Shown: one piece after another, positions 43,195 to 54,100 of the stretch | Numbering within the stretch: the first letter of the stretch is position 1 | How the letters are laid out: every line of letters starts with the position of its first letter | Source: an uncultured virus (IMG/VR IMGVR_UViG_3300022841_000001) | Lineage: Duplodnaviria > Heunggongvirae > Uroviricota > Caudoviricetes > Crassvirales | Reading direction: 5' to 3' (one strand) | IMG/VR virus record: IMGVR_UViG_3300022841_000001 | DNA: 64,000 bases | Notes under the pieces: generated by a model | Seen by the model: the letters and a program-made list of their open reading frames with translations, nothing else | The model's database searches: none | What the model was told of the DNA's origin: nothing | Program-made: the position numbers and the translations under genes

Positions 43195-45630
43195 ATGAAA
43201 GACATAAAGATACAAGTTAACTCAGCTGCTTTCCCAGATCAGTTTGCTTCAGATTCCGTAAAAGATTCAATGGAGTATGGGCTATCAATAGGAAAGGCTA
43301 TACAATATGAATGGTTTAGACAGGACTCTGGTTCTTGTAGGTTTTATTCTCAAAAAGCAGAGTTTAATAGATTAAGATTATATGCAAGAGGTGAACAGCC
43401 TATTGGTAAATACAAAAATGAATTTGCTATTAATGGTGATTTAAGTCATTTAAATTTAGACTGGACTCCAGTTCCTATCATACCAAAATTTGTTGACGTT
43501 GTTGTTAACGGAATGAACGACAGATTATTTAAAGTAAAAGCTGTTGCTCAGGATGCTCTTTCGGCTGAAAAAAGAAATCAGTTTCAAGAAATTGTAGAAG
43601 GTGATATGATTGCTAGGCCTTTGCTGAAGCAAATTGAAAAAGATTTTGGTGTTGATGTGTTTCAAACTGAAGAGTCTGAACTTCCTGACAACGATCAAGA
43701 GTTAGAGCTTTTTATGCAAATGAAGTACAAGCCAGCAATTGAGATAGCGGAGGAGGAAGCTATAGATACTCAGTTTTCTGCAAACCATTATAATGATATT
43801 AGAAGAAGAGTTGACTATGATATTACAACATTAGGTATTGGTATTAGTAAGCATATGTTCTTACCTGGTTCAGGTGTTAAGCTTGATTATGTGGATCCGT
43901 CAAACGTAGTTTACAGTTATACTGAAGACCCTTGTTTTAAGGATTGTTTCTATTGGGGAGAAGTTAAAACTGTGCCAATCAATGAGTTACTAAAGATAGA
44001 TCCAGACCTTACAAACGATGATCTTGGTGAAATTTCTAAATATAATCAGTCATGGTATGATGAGTATAATTCTGCTCAAGGTCATGAAAATAGTATATTT
44101 TCTAACGAAACTGCTACGTTGTTATATTTCAATTACAAAACAACACATACTTTTGTGTATAAAAAGAAGCAAATGTCTGACGGAACATTTAAGATGTCTG
44201 AAAGAGATGAGAACTTTAATCCTCCACCAGAAATGATGGAAGAGCAAGGTTTTGAAAGAGTTACAAAAACAATAGATGTTTGGTATGATGGTATTATGGT
44301 TATGGGAACTAATATTATGCTTCAGTGGAAACTGGGTGAAAATATGGTTAGACCAAAATCGGCAAGTCAATATGCTCATCCTAATTATGTAGCTTGTGCG
44401 CCAAAAATGTACAAGGGTTCTTTGGAGTCTTTAGTTAGAAGGATGATTCCTTTTGCTGACTTGATTCAGATTACTCACTTAAAAATACAACAAGTAGTTT
44501 CTCGTGTTGTTCCTGACGGTGTCTTTATTGATGCTGATGGTTTGAATGAGGTAGACCTTGGTAATGGTCAAGCCTACAATCCTGAAGACGCGCTTCGATT
44601 ATATTTTCAAACGGGTAGTGTTATTGGTAGGAGTTACACGCAGGATGGTGAATACAATAATGCAAAAGTTCCTATTACACAATTAACATCAAGTAGTGGA
44701 GCTAGTAAAATGCAAATGCTAATTACTAATTATAATCATTATTTAGATATGATTAGATCTGTAACTGGATTAAATGAGGCTAGGGATGGATCAAGTCCTG
44801 ACCCTAATTCTTTAGTTGGTGTTCAGAAATTAGCAGCATTAAATTCTAATGTAGCTACTAGACATATTCTAAATGCAAGTCTATACATTACAAGAACAAT
44901 GGCAGAATGCTTGGCCATTAGAACTTCTGATATTTTAGAGTATGCTGATTTTAAAGATGAGTTTGCTATGCAAATTGGAAAATATAATCTAGGCATACTA
45001 GAAGACATTAAGGATTTGTACCTTCATGACTTTGGTATATTTATAGAAATGGCTCCTGACGAAGAGGAAAAAGCTATGCTTGAACAGAATATACAGATGG
45101 CTTTATCTAGGCAGGATATAAATCTTGAAGATGCTATTGATATTCGTGAGATTGCAAACTTAAAAATGGCTAACCAATTATTAAAGGTTAAACGTAAGGC
45201 TAAGATGGTTGCGGAGCAGCAACAACAAATTCAGCAGCAACAGCAACAAGCTCAGATGCAGATGCAAGCGCAACAAGCTACAGCTCAGTTAGCTATGCAA
45301 ACAAATCAATCTGACACTCAATCTAAAATAGCTGTGAAGGAAGCAGAGATTGCTTTTGATATACAGAAATTGCAGATGGAGGCTCAGTTAAAACAAGACT
45401 TGATGCAGGTTGAATTTCAGATGCAAATGTCTTTAAAGGGTGTGGAGCAAGAAAGCTTACAATCAAGGGAAGATAATCGTGAAGAAGCAAAATCGGGAAG
45501 AATAAATCAGCAATCAACTCAGACCTCAAAAATGATTGAACAAAAAAAGAGGGATTTACCTTCTATCAATTTTGAATCAAATGAGGATAGTTTGGATGGT
45601 TTTGACTTGGCTGAATTTGACCCTAGATAA
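43195..45630 (+). CDS. Portal protein
   Basis: 811 aa directly after terL; IIPKFVDVVVNG, TGLNEARDG, Q-rich barrel. Confidence 0.85.
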   Translation: MKDIKIQVNSAAFPDQFASDSVKDSMEYGLSIGKAIQYEWFRQDSGSCRFYSQKAEFNRLRLYARGEQPIGKYKNEFAINGDLSHLNLDWTPVPIIPKFVDVVVNGMNDRLFKVKAVAQDALSAEKRNQFQEIVEGDMIARPLLKQIEKDFGVDVFQTEESELPDNDQELELFMQMKYKPAIEIAEEEAIDTQFSANHYNDIRRRVDYDITTLGIGISKHMFLPGSGVKLDYVDPSNVVYSYTEDPCFKDCFYWGEVKTVPINELLKIDPDLTNDDLGEISKYNQSWYDEYNSAQGHENSIFSNETATLLYFNYKTTHTFVYKKKQMSDGTFKMSERDENFNPPPEMMEEQGFERVTKTIDVWYDGIMVMGTNIMLQWKLGENMVRPKSASQYAHPNYVACAPKMYKGSLESLVRRMIPFADLIQITHLKIQQVVSRVVPDGVFIDADGLNEVDLGNGQAYNPEDALRLYFQTGSVIGRSYTQDGEYNNAKVPITQLTSSSGASKMQMLITNYNHYLDMIRSVTGLNEARDGSSPDPNSLVGVQKLAALNSNVATRHILNASLYITRTMAECLAIRTSDILEYADFKDEFAMQIGKYNLGILEDIKDLYLHDFGIFIEMAPDEEEKAMLEQNIQMALSRQDINLEDAIDIREIANLKMANQLLKVKRKAKMVAEQQQQIQQQQQQAQMQMQAQQATAQLAMQTNQSDTQSKIAVKEAEIAFDIQKLQMEAQLKQDLMQVEFQMQMSLKGVEQESLQSREDNREEAKSGRINQQSTQTSKMIEQKKRDLPSINFESNEDSLDGFDLAEFDPR

Positions 45631-45646
45631 ATAGTAAAATAAGTAT

Positions 45647-45654
45647 TAACTTTG
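45647..45654 (+). promoter_or_regulatory. Promoter -7 element for scaffold/capsid genes
   Basis: TAACTTTG 15 nt before the ATG. Confidence 0.65.
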
Positions 45655-45669
45655 TAAAAATCAAATCAA

Positions 45670-46866
45670 ATGAAAGTAAAAGCAGTAGAGGCAAACGCTG
45701 AAGAAAAATCAAGAGCAGAAGTTGAAGAGGGTTTATTAAAAAAACACGAAGATCAATACGAACCTACGGAAGAAAAAGATGATGGTATTGATAGGGTAAG
45801 TTTTGTTGATGGAGGGAATCAAACCACATCTAGTAACACTGGAGAAGCTACAAGTGACACGACCGTCACTAGTGATCCTGAAGGTGGAAACGATTTAGTA
45901 GATACAGAGGTTTCGACTACTAAAAAAGAATTAGAAGAAAAAGATATTCTTTCATATATAAAGAATAGATATAACAAGGATATACTTTCTGTTGATGAAT
46001 TGTTTGCGGAAAAAGAGGCAAACGCTGAGTTACCGGAAGATGTATCTAAGTATTTAAAGTACAAGCAGGAAACTGGGCGTGGTATTAATGACTTTTATGA
46101 ATTACAAAAAGACATTGAGACTATGGACGACAGCGCTGTACTTGCTAGTTATTATGGATCAACTGAAGAAGGTTTAGACGCTCAGGATATTCAAGACATT
46201 ATTGAAGATAAGTTTTCATATGATGAAGATTTAGATGATGAAAAGGATATTAGAAAAATAAAACTAGCGAAGAAACGAGAACTTTCGAAAGCGAAAAAGT
46301 TTTTAAATGAACAGAAAGATATGTACGGTGTTCCTCTTGAGTCAAGTGGGAGTGGGTTATCTGGAAATCAGGAACAAGACTTAGCAGCTTACAAAAAGTC
46401 AATCGAGGATTCAAAAAGTGTAACGGAGCAAAACAGTAAAAGGTATGATTATTTCTTAAATAAAACCGAGTCGGTTTTTAACAATGAGTTCAAAGGTTTT
46501 GAATTCGAAGTTGGTGAAAAAAATATTACCTTTAAGTCAGGCGACACAAGTGAACTTAAAAATGTTCAATCTGATGTTAATAATTTCATTAACAAATTTA
46601 TGGACAAGGATGGTTTAATTATGGATGCAAAAGGATATCATAAGGCTTTATCAGTCGCTATGAATCCTGATAAGTTTGCTAAACACTTTTACGAACAGGG
46701 AGCAGCTTCTGCTTTAGACAGCTCTAATAGGAAGTCTAAAAACATCAATATGGATGTTAGGCAGCAGTCTCAAGTGTCATCCAAGAATGGGATAACAATT
46801 AGACCTGTAAGTAAAGGTAACGACAGCGGAAGGGGTCTGAAGATTAGAAGTACAAGGAAAAATTAA
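45670..46866 (+). CDS. Probable capsid scaffolding protein
   Basis: Acidic and helical; lies between portal and capsid genes; FAKHFYEQG. Confidence 0.7.
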   Translation: MKVKAVEANAEEKSRAEVEEGLLKKHEDQYEPTEEKDDGIDRVSFVDGGNQTTSSNTGEATSDTTVTSDPEGGNDLVDTEVSTTKKELEEKDILSYIKNRYNKDILSVDELFAEKEANAELPEDVSKYLKYKQETGRGINDFYELQKDIETMDDSAVLASYYGSTEEGLDAQDIQDIIEDKFSYDEDLDDEKDIRKIKLAKKRELSKAKKFLNEQKDMYGVPLESSGSGLSGNQEQDLAAYKKSIEDSKSVTEQNSKRYDYFLNKTESVFNNEFKGFEFEVGEKNITFKSGDTSELKNVQSDVNNFINKFMDKDGLIMDAKGYHKALSVAMNPDKFAKHFYEQGAASALDSSNRKSKNINMDVRQQSQVSSKNGITIRPVSKGNDSGRGLKIRSTRKN

Positions 46867-46887
46867 TAATTAAAAAAAATCAAAATT

Positions 46888-48345
46888 ATGCCAGTAAATG
46901 CAACACCGGGATTTGATTTGCAGCCAAGTGCGCAACAAACTCCATTAGCAACAAACTACATAAGCAACTTTGATTTCTTAAATCAGTATCTTCCTGATAC
47001 TTATGAAAAGGAATTTGAGCGTTATGGAAACAGATCAGTAGCATCATTCTTAAGAATGGTTGGTGCTGAATTACCTTCAACTTCTGACCTTATTAAATGG
47101 ACAGAACAAGGAAGGTTACACACGAAGTACCAGGCGGTAACTTCTTCAGGATCGATTGGTGCTGATTCGGCAGTTTGGACTATTCCAAACACGTCAACAA
47201 ACTTTAACCCAGCATTAGGTGGGACATCTAGCCAAGCAGCTTTAAGAGCTGGTCAAACGGTTATGATTTCTGATAATAGCTCAAATTCTTCTGCACAGAA
47301 CAAGGGTATTATTACTGTTGCTCCAACGGCTTCAAACCCGAATGTAGTAACAATTGCTTACTATGAGTCTGCTGGTCAGACGATGGATGCAGGAATATCT
47401 TGTGATATTTTTGTATATGGTTCTGAATTCGCTAAAGGCGTAGAAGGAATGAAGGGTTCTTTAGAAGCTAACAACTATTTCTTCCAAAACAAACCAATCA
47501 TAATCAAGGACAAGTATTCTGTTTCGGGTTCTGATATGGCTCAAATTGGATGGGTAGAAGTTGAAGGCGACAATGGAGTTGGGTACTTATGGTACTTAAA
47601 ATCTGAGCATGAAACAAGATTACGTTTTGAGGATTATTTAGAAACAGCGATGATTGAAGCAGTTCCTGCTGAAGCAGCGTCTGGAGCTGGAGATTACTTA
47701 CAAGGCGTAGGTGCAGGACTTAGTGCTGTAAACGAGTCTGGTTCAGAAGGAATTTTCTACGTTGTAGGAAATAGAGGAAATGTTTTTGGTGGTGGTAACC
47801 CTACTACTTTGGCACAATTTGATAACATTATTCAGAGACTTGATAAGCAGGGATCTATTGAGGAGAATGTTATTTTTGTGGACAGACAGTTCTCATTTGA
47901 TATTGACGATATGTTAGCTTCTCAAAACTCTTATGGAGATGGAGGAACTTCTTATGGTTTATTTGACAATGACAAGGACATGGCATTGAATTTAGGTTTT
48001 ACAGGTTTCCGTAGAGGTTATGACTTTTACAAGTCTGACTGGAAATACTTAAACGATCCTACAATGAGAGGTGGTATAAATGCAGGAGCAGTTAATGGAC
48101 TTTTAGTTCCAGCTGGTTCTACAACTGTTTATGACCAAGTCTTAGGAAAGAACGCTAAGAGACCATTCTTACACGTTCGTTATAGAGCTTCAGAAACTGA
48201 AGACAGACGTTACAAGTCTTGGATTACTGGTTCTGCTGGTGGTGTTTCGACAAGTGATTTGGATGCAATGGAGGTAAACTTCTTGTCTGAAAGAGCAGTA
48301 TGTACTTTAGGTGCAAACAACTTTTTCTTATTCCAACAAGCATAA
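46888..48345 (+). CDS. Major capsid protein
   Basis: 485 aa after the scaffold gene; WTEQGRLH, VSGSDMAQIGW; followed by a terminator. Confidence 0.85.
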   Translation: MPVNATPGFDLQPSAQQTPLATNYISNFDFLNQYLPDTYEKEFERYGNRSVASFLRMVGAELPSTSDLIKWTEQGRLHTKYQAVTSSGSIGADSAVWTIPNTSTNFNPALGGTSSQAALRAGQTVMISDNSSNSSAQNKGIITVAPTASNPNVVTIAYYESAGQTMDAGISCDIFVYGSEFAKGVEGMKGSLEANNYFFQNKPIIIKDKYSVSGSDMAQIGWVEVEGDNGVGYLWYLKSEHETRLRFEDYLETAMIEAVPAEAASGAGDYLQGVGAGLSAVNESGSEGIFYVVGNRGNVFGGGNPTTLAQFDNIIQRLDKQGSIEENVIFVDRQFSFDIDDMLASQNSYGDGGTSYGLFDNDKDMALNLGFTGFRRGYDFYKSDWKYLNDPTMRGGINAGAVNGLLVPAGSTTVYDQVLGKNAKRPFLHVRYRASETEDRRYKSWITGSAGGVSTSDLDAMEVNFLSERAVCTLGANNFFLFQQA

Positions 48346-48361
48346 GTAAATAAGTAGTATT

Positions 48362-48393
48362 AAATGGGGATTGATTTATCTTTCCCCATTTTT
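48362..48393 (+). terminator. Terminator after the major capsid gene
   Basis: AAATGGGGA...TCCCCATTTTT. Confidence 0.75.
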
Positions 48394-48418
48394 ATAAATC
48401 AAATTTAATCATATCATA

Positions 48419-49171
48419 ATGAAAGAAAAACAACAGTACAAAGCAAAAGCTTATCGTTTAAAAGGGAGTAAAGCTCCTTTATCATACATGTTATCTTCTA
48501 GGCACTCACAGAGGTCTCCTCTATTGTACTTTGACGAAACTAAAGGAACAAATAGACCATTGCGTTATGCGCGTAATCAGAAGTCCGCTTTTGAGGATGA
48601 ACAGGATGGTAATGCTATTATAGAGCCTATTGTTTTCGAAGACGGTTTATTAACCGTTTCAAAGGAAAACCAAATATTACAAAAGTTTTTACACTTGCAC
48701 CCAAGTAATGGAAACGTATTTGAAGAAATAAATAAAGAGCGTGATGCTTCTCAGGAACTAGAAAATGTTGAAACGGCACTAGATGCTCAGATTTCAGCAA
48801 AAGAAATAACAAAAGATACACTTAAGCTTACTCAGATTTGTCGTGTATTAATGGGTAATTCTATTGAGAACATGACTATTCCTGAATTAAAAAGAGATTT
48901 ACTAGTTTATGCTAGAAACAATCCTGAAGAATTCTTGGATACTATTAATGATCCGATGCTTGAACTGATGGATGATGTTCATCAATTTTTCAACTCTACT
49001 TTACTAGGTTTTAGAAACAACAATAAAGATGTTTACTATAATTTAAGTAATAATAAAAAGAAGATGCTAACTGTTCCGTTTGGAGAAGATCCTTACTTTA
49101 TTGTTTCATCTTTCATGCAGAGTGATGAAGGTGTAGAGGTTTACAAGCTTCTTAAAGGTAAGATTAAATAA
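48419..49171 (+). CDS. Conserved hypothetical protein in the head module
   Basis: RPLRYARNQKS, IVFEDG, LQKFLHLHP. Confidence 0.75.
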   Translation: MKEKQQYKAKAYRLKGSKAPLSYMLSSRHSQRSPLLYFDETKGTNRPLRYARNQKSAFEDEQDGNAIIEPIVFEDGLLTVSKENQILQKFLHLHPSNGNVFEEINKERDASQELENVETALDAQISAKEITKDTLKLTQICRVLMGNSIENMTIPELKRDLLVYARNNPEEFLDTINDPMLELMDDVHQFFNSTLLGFRNNNKDVYYNLSNNKKKMLTVPFGEDPYFIVSSFMQSDEGVEVYKLLKGKIK

Positions 49172-49192
49172 GATTTTACAAAATATACTAAG

Positions 49193-49235
49193 AACACTCT
49201 AAATAATTTAGGGTGTTTTTTTTTTGCTATATTTG
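49193..49235 (+). terminator. Terminator followed immediately by a TATATTTG promoter element (49228-49235)
   Basis: AACACTCTAAA-TAA-TTTAGGGTGTT plus T tract, then TATATTTG. Confidence 0.75.
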
Positions 49236-49250
49236 TAGAAAGAAATTATT

Positions 49251-50225
49251 ATGCCAATAAACGAAGTACGAAACACCGTATTAGCTATAGTTAATAAAAA
49301 TAACTACGGATATATATCGCCACAAGACTTTAACTTATACTGTCAGCAGGCTCAGATGTCTATATTTGAAGATTATTTTTATGCTTATAACAATCAAATT
49401 GTTAAGGAGAATCAGAGAACATCTGGTACAGGATATGCGGATATTACAAAAGGACTAGTTGAGGTAATTGACGGATTTTCAGCTACACAAACATTAATAA
49501 ATAATGGAGCAAATTTATTTTCGCTTCCTAGTAACTATTACTTAATCAACAAACTAAACTACTACCCTATAATTGTGGCTTCAGGGAATATAACCCTGAA
49601 TGCTGCTTTTACAATCAATGACACTGGAGCAACTTTTGTAACAAGCGGAGTTGTAGCAGGTCAATTAGTATCATCTACTTCTAAAGATGGTGTTACGGCT
49701 GGTCAGAGCGCATATATAACAAGCGTAAATAGCGAGACCTCACTATCAATAACAGTTGACTTATTTTCAAAAGTATCTACTATTGGTGGTTCGTATACTA
49801 TCGTTCTAGGTAACGGAATAGTTGAAGTTGAAAGAGTTAATCAGCATAAAATATTTTACCTAAAGTCATCACCATTAACTTCTCCATCTACTGGTTATCC
49901 AGCTTATGTATTAGGTAATGCCACGACTACAGGTTATGGGAATATAATTAATGTTTATCCAGAAACTTTAACAACACCGGGAACTATATTTGCACAGTAC
50001 GTGAGGTACCCTATTGATCCAAAATGGACATACGTTGAGATTGTTTCAGGCGAGCCTGTATTCTCAGCCTCTCAAGATGACTACCAAGACTTCGAGTTAC
50101 CCTTATCAGACGAACCTGCTTTAATAGCAAAAATATGTAAGTACGTAGGTATTGAAATTAGAGAGCAAGATGTTTTTCAATTTGGTGCAAATGAGTTACA
50201 ATCAGAACAACAAACACAACGATAA
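49251..50225 (+). CDS. Head-tail adaptor / tail ring protein
   Basis: NKNNYGYISPQDFNLYCQQAQ...YVRYPIDPKW...DFELP; position. Confidence 0.7.
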   Translation: MPINEVRNTVLAIVNKNNYGYISPQDFNLYCQQAQMSIFEDYFYAYNNQIVKENQRTSGTGYADITKGLVEVIDGFSATQTLINNGANLFSLPSNYYLINKLNYYPIIVASGNITLNAAFTINDTGATFVTSGVVAGQLVSSTSKDGVTAGQSAYITSVNSETSLSITVDLFSKVSTIGGSYTIVLGNGIVEVERVNQHKIFYLKSSPLTSPSTGYPAYVLGNATTTGYGNIINVYPETLTTPGTIFAQYVRYPIDPKWTYVEIVSGEPVFSASQDDYQDFELPLSDEPALIAKICKYVGIEIREQDVFQFGANELQSEQQTQR

Positions 50226-51149
50226 ATGGCATATATAAATGATTACGCATATTACCAAAATTCAGGTAACGAACCAAAAGATGCAAACTGGGGTTCATAT
50301 CAGTATGTTTCTCTAGCGGATATCGTTAACAATTTTATGTTAATGTACCAAGGAAATCACGAGCTGGTAAATAATGTTGACCGTTATCAAGTTTTGTTTC
50401 ACGCAAAGAGAGGGATTCAGGAGTTGAATTATGATGCAATGAAGGAAATTAAAATACTTCAATTAGATGTTACACTTCAACTTAGGTTTATACTTCCTCA
50501 AGATTATGTGAATTGGGTTAGGATTTCAGTTCATGCTGATGGTGTTTTAAAACCTCTTACAGAAAATATTCAAACTAACTGGTCAGGGGCTTATCTTCAA
50601 GATCACGATGCAAACATATTATTTGATGAAGACGGAAATGTGTTAAAGCCTGAGAATTCAGAGCTTGATTTAGAAAGAATAACAGGTGGTGAAAAAAGTA
50701 TTTACCTGAATGATGGGAGTAGGTTTAATGGTTCTGAGGGTTACTGTTGTGATGGTGACTGGTATTTTGACTATGCAATTGGCGCACGTTTTGGTTTAAA
50801 TACTGAAACAGCTAATTCAAACCCTACGTTTACAATAGATAAGCAATCAGGTGTAATTAATTTTAGCAACATCTCAAAAGCAGCATCTGTTGTTTTAGAG
50901 TATGTTTCTGATGGCATGGCTGGTGGTGTAGATTCTGAAGTTCAGTTAAATAAGTTATTTGAAGAATACATTTATGCTTATGTAAAATACTCAATCCTAA
51001 ATGGGAAATTAGCTGTTCAGGAATATGTGGTTAATAGAGCAAGAAAAGATAAGTCTTCTTTACTTAGAAATGCTAAAATTAGATTAAGTAACATTCACCC
51101 TGGAAGACTCTTGCAGAATATGAGAGGCCAGAATAAATGGATAAAATAA
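50226..51149 (+). CDS. Tail ring / tubular protein
   Basis: HAKRGIQELNYD, LPQDYVNWVR, LEYVSDG. Confidence 0.7.
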   Translation: MAYINDYAYYQNSGNEPKDANWGSYQYVSLADIVNNFMLMYQGNHELVNNVDRYQVLFHAKRGIQELNYDAMKEIKILQLDVTLQLRFILPQDYVNWVRISVHADGVLKPLTENIQTNWSGAYLQDHDANILFDEDGNVLKPENSELDLERITGGEKSIYLNDGSRFNGSEGYCCDGDWYFDYAIGARFGLNTETANSNPTFTIDKQSGVINFSNISKAASVVLEYVSDGMAGGVDSEVQLNKLFEEYIYAYVKYSILNGKLAVQEYVVNRARKDKSSLLRNAKIRLSNIHPGRLLQNMRGQNKWIK

Positions 51150-51150
51150 T

Positions 51151-54100
51151 ATGCCAATAATTAATACAAACTTTGTTGCAGGTAGAATGAATAAGTCTGT
51201 TGACGAGAGACTTTTACCTCCAGGAGAATATATTGACGCACTTAATGTGAGGTTAGGTTCTACGGAAACTACTGAGATTGGAGCTGTTGAAAATGCAAAG
51301 GGTAACTCTAGACTTACAACGCTTAGTTATAAGGGGCAAGATTTAAGTCCTGCTGCTGTATGTATTGGCGCGTTTCAAGACGGTGTAAGAGAAACTTTGT
51401 ATTGGTGGGTACACGATGATGAAAACCAAGCTGCCTCTGACGGAGTAGTAGATATGTTAGTGTCATACAACACGACTAGTCAGGTTATAAATTATCACGT
51501 TATTACTGAAGCTTTATTAAATTTTAATACAGATTATTTAATTACAGGAATAAGTTTAATTGATGGTTTATTGTTTTGGACAGATGATTTAAATCCACCT
51601 AGATATATAAATATTCTTAGAAACTACGACTCTCCAGAGGACGATGTAGACAAAATAAAAGAAGAAGACATTAGTGTAATTGTAAAAATCCCTGGTTTTG
51701 AAGATGCAGTAGATAACGTAACGCCATTACCCGTGCCTAAAATAACATTGTTAAATGTTCCGGGTGGAGAAAACTACATTAAAAATAGATTTCTTTGTTT
51801 TGCTTATAGGTATAGGTATTCTGATGGGCAGTATAGTGCTACATCATTATTTAGTTTACCAGCGTTTTCAGCAAAACCTTTTGATTTTGATACTAAAAAC
51901 TTTAATAATGCAGGTATGGAAAACCTGTATAATGGAGTCACTGTAGAGTATTCTACAGGTAGTAAGAATGTGGTGGAAATTGATTTACTTTTTAAGGACA
52001 CTAACGCAAATACAATTAATGTAATTGAACGATTTATAAAAGAAGATTATGGTTGGGCAGATAATACTATACAATCATACGTTTTTACTAACAGTAAAAT
52101 ATACACTGTTTTAGGTGGAGATGAATTACTTCGACAGTACGATAATGTTCCTCGTCTAGCTAAGGCTCAGATAATACAAGGAAATCGATTAATGTATGGG
52201 AATTATGTTGATGGATATAACTTTACAACAGGTAGTTCTGAGGGTACTAGAGTGGCTTTAGATTATAACACAAAAATAGTTAACACACCAATACAGTCTC
52301 AGGAGTTGCCATTTGCAAGTTTTGGTACAGGACTTACTTACAGTATAGATCCTTCAGATAGTAAAAGCTATATAAATAATATCCTTACTTTTGATTTGTC
52401 TTTAACAAACGGAAAGTTAATAAAAGGAGCTTTCATTGGTTTCATATTTAATATTGAAAGTGAAGGAACTGCAGTAGGTTCCGGTCAGAGTGATAATCCT
52501 GCATGGTTAGCAAATGATCAGTTTAAAAATGCTAATTTTACTTTAGAGGTAAACATTACTTTAGATGATGATTACTCTTCAACGTATGATTTTCTTACTA
52601 GCGCTTTATTTCAAAATGCTATAGGAACAATTCTTAATACTAATTTTAACCCATTGTCTACATCGGATCAAGGTTCTTCTTTGACTGATTTTTTTAACAA
52701 TGAATTATCATCACCGTCAACTTCTTTTCAATTTTCTAAAACAAACAGTGGTGTTACTAGTTCTGTAATACAGCAGGGTTTTTTACTATCTGGTATATCT
52801 CCTGGGTCTGATACTTTTAATATACAGATTATAGGTATGCAGTATCAAAACACAGATACAACACCCACAACTACAGATATTTACGAATATTTTAGATTTG
52901 TTAGTGGTGAAGCTGGTTTTAGTAATACGGTAAATACTGGTAGCTTACATAGTAACAGAGATTATGAAACAGGTATTGTTTATAGTGATGGTTTCGGTAG
53001 GTCTTCTACGGTTTTAGTTTCGGAAAGAAATACAGTTTATGTAGAGCCAGGAAATAGTGATACCCAAAATACAATACAAGTAGCATTAAGTTCTCTTGCT
53101 CCATACTGGGCTGAGAGATACAAGTTTGTTGTTAAACCAAGTTTAGCAAATTATGAAGTTATATACACTAATCTTTATTACGTAAGGCCTAGTGATAATA
53201 TGGTTTTCTTTAAACTGGAGGGAGATAATGTAAATAAAGTAACAAAGGGTCAAACCCTAATAATAAAAGCAGATGTTTCAGGGCCTCTATCAAGACTTGA
53301 AAAAGCTGAAGTATTAGAAGTTCAGGCTGAGGCTAGGGACTTCTTGGCGCTAAGTAGTGAGTTAGGTGAAGATTCTAATCAACTAGCAGGTTTATACATG
53401 CAAATGAAAAACCAAAATTTCGACATTGTTATACCTGAAGATTCTGTAATAGAATATGGAGAAATGGTTGTTAGGTCATCAAGTAACGGATGTACTTCTG
53501 GTAGAAAAATAGCTTATCCTTGCTACACTCAAGATGTGGTAGGTGATAGTTCTGCTACAACTAATTACACTGTTCCTGCTGGTTCATCTGTAAAAGTAAA
53601 AGTAAGAGCTTTTCGTAACGATACTTTTAATGGTAGAAGTTGCCAGGAAATATTATGGGAATGGGATCAGCAATATATTTCAAGCGATGACTATTTAGAT
53701 TTAAGAAAATGGTGGGTTGGAGATAATATAAATCCTGTAATTGCAGACCCAGGAAACTTGTCGGATGAAACAACTATAAATTACATTCAGTCTTTAGCGA
53801 ATCCAAGTGGTACTCCTGGAAATGATATACTTGATACTAAGGGTGTTGCGGACAATGTTGAATGTGAAAGTTTTGAAGTAACATTTCAGTGGATACAAGG
53901 TGATTCTCAATCGGCTGATGACCCATTGTATTTAGGTGTAAGTTCAGGAATGCACGGATGCTATAGACCTACACAGTCAAATAGAACTGCAGATCTTCAT
54001 GTTGAGTTAATTGTTCAAAGAGCAAATACTTTAATGGTTTTTGAAAGCGAGCCTTTAGATGCGGATGCTGAACTATACTATGATGCTTCTGAATCTTTTC

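Noticed and set aside
45214..45300. CAG/CAA repeats in the portal gene
   Set aside because: Encode the ordinary Gln-rich barrel of podovirus-type portals
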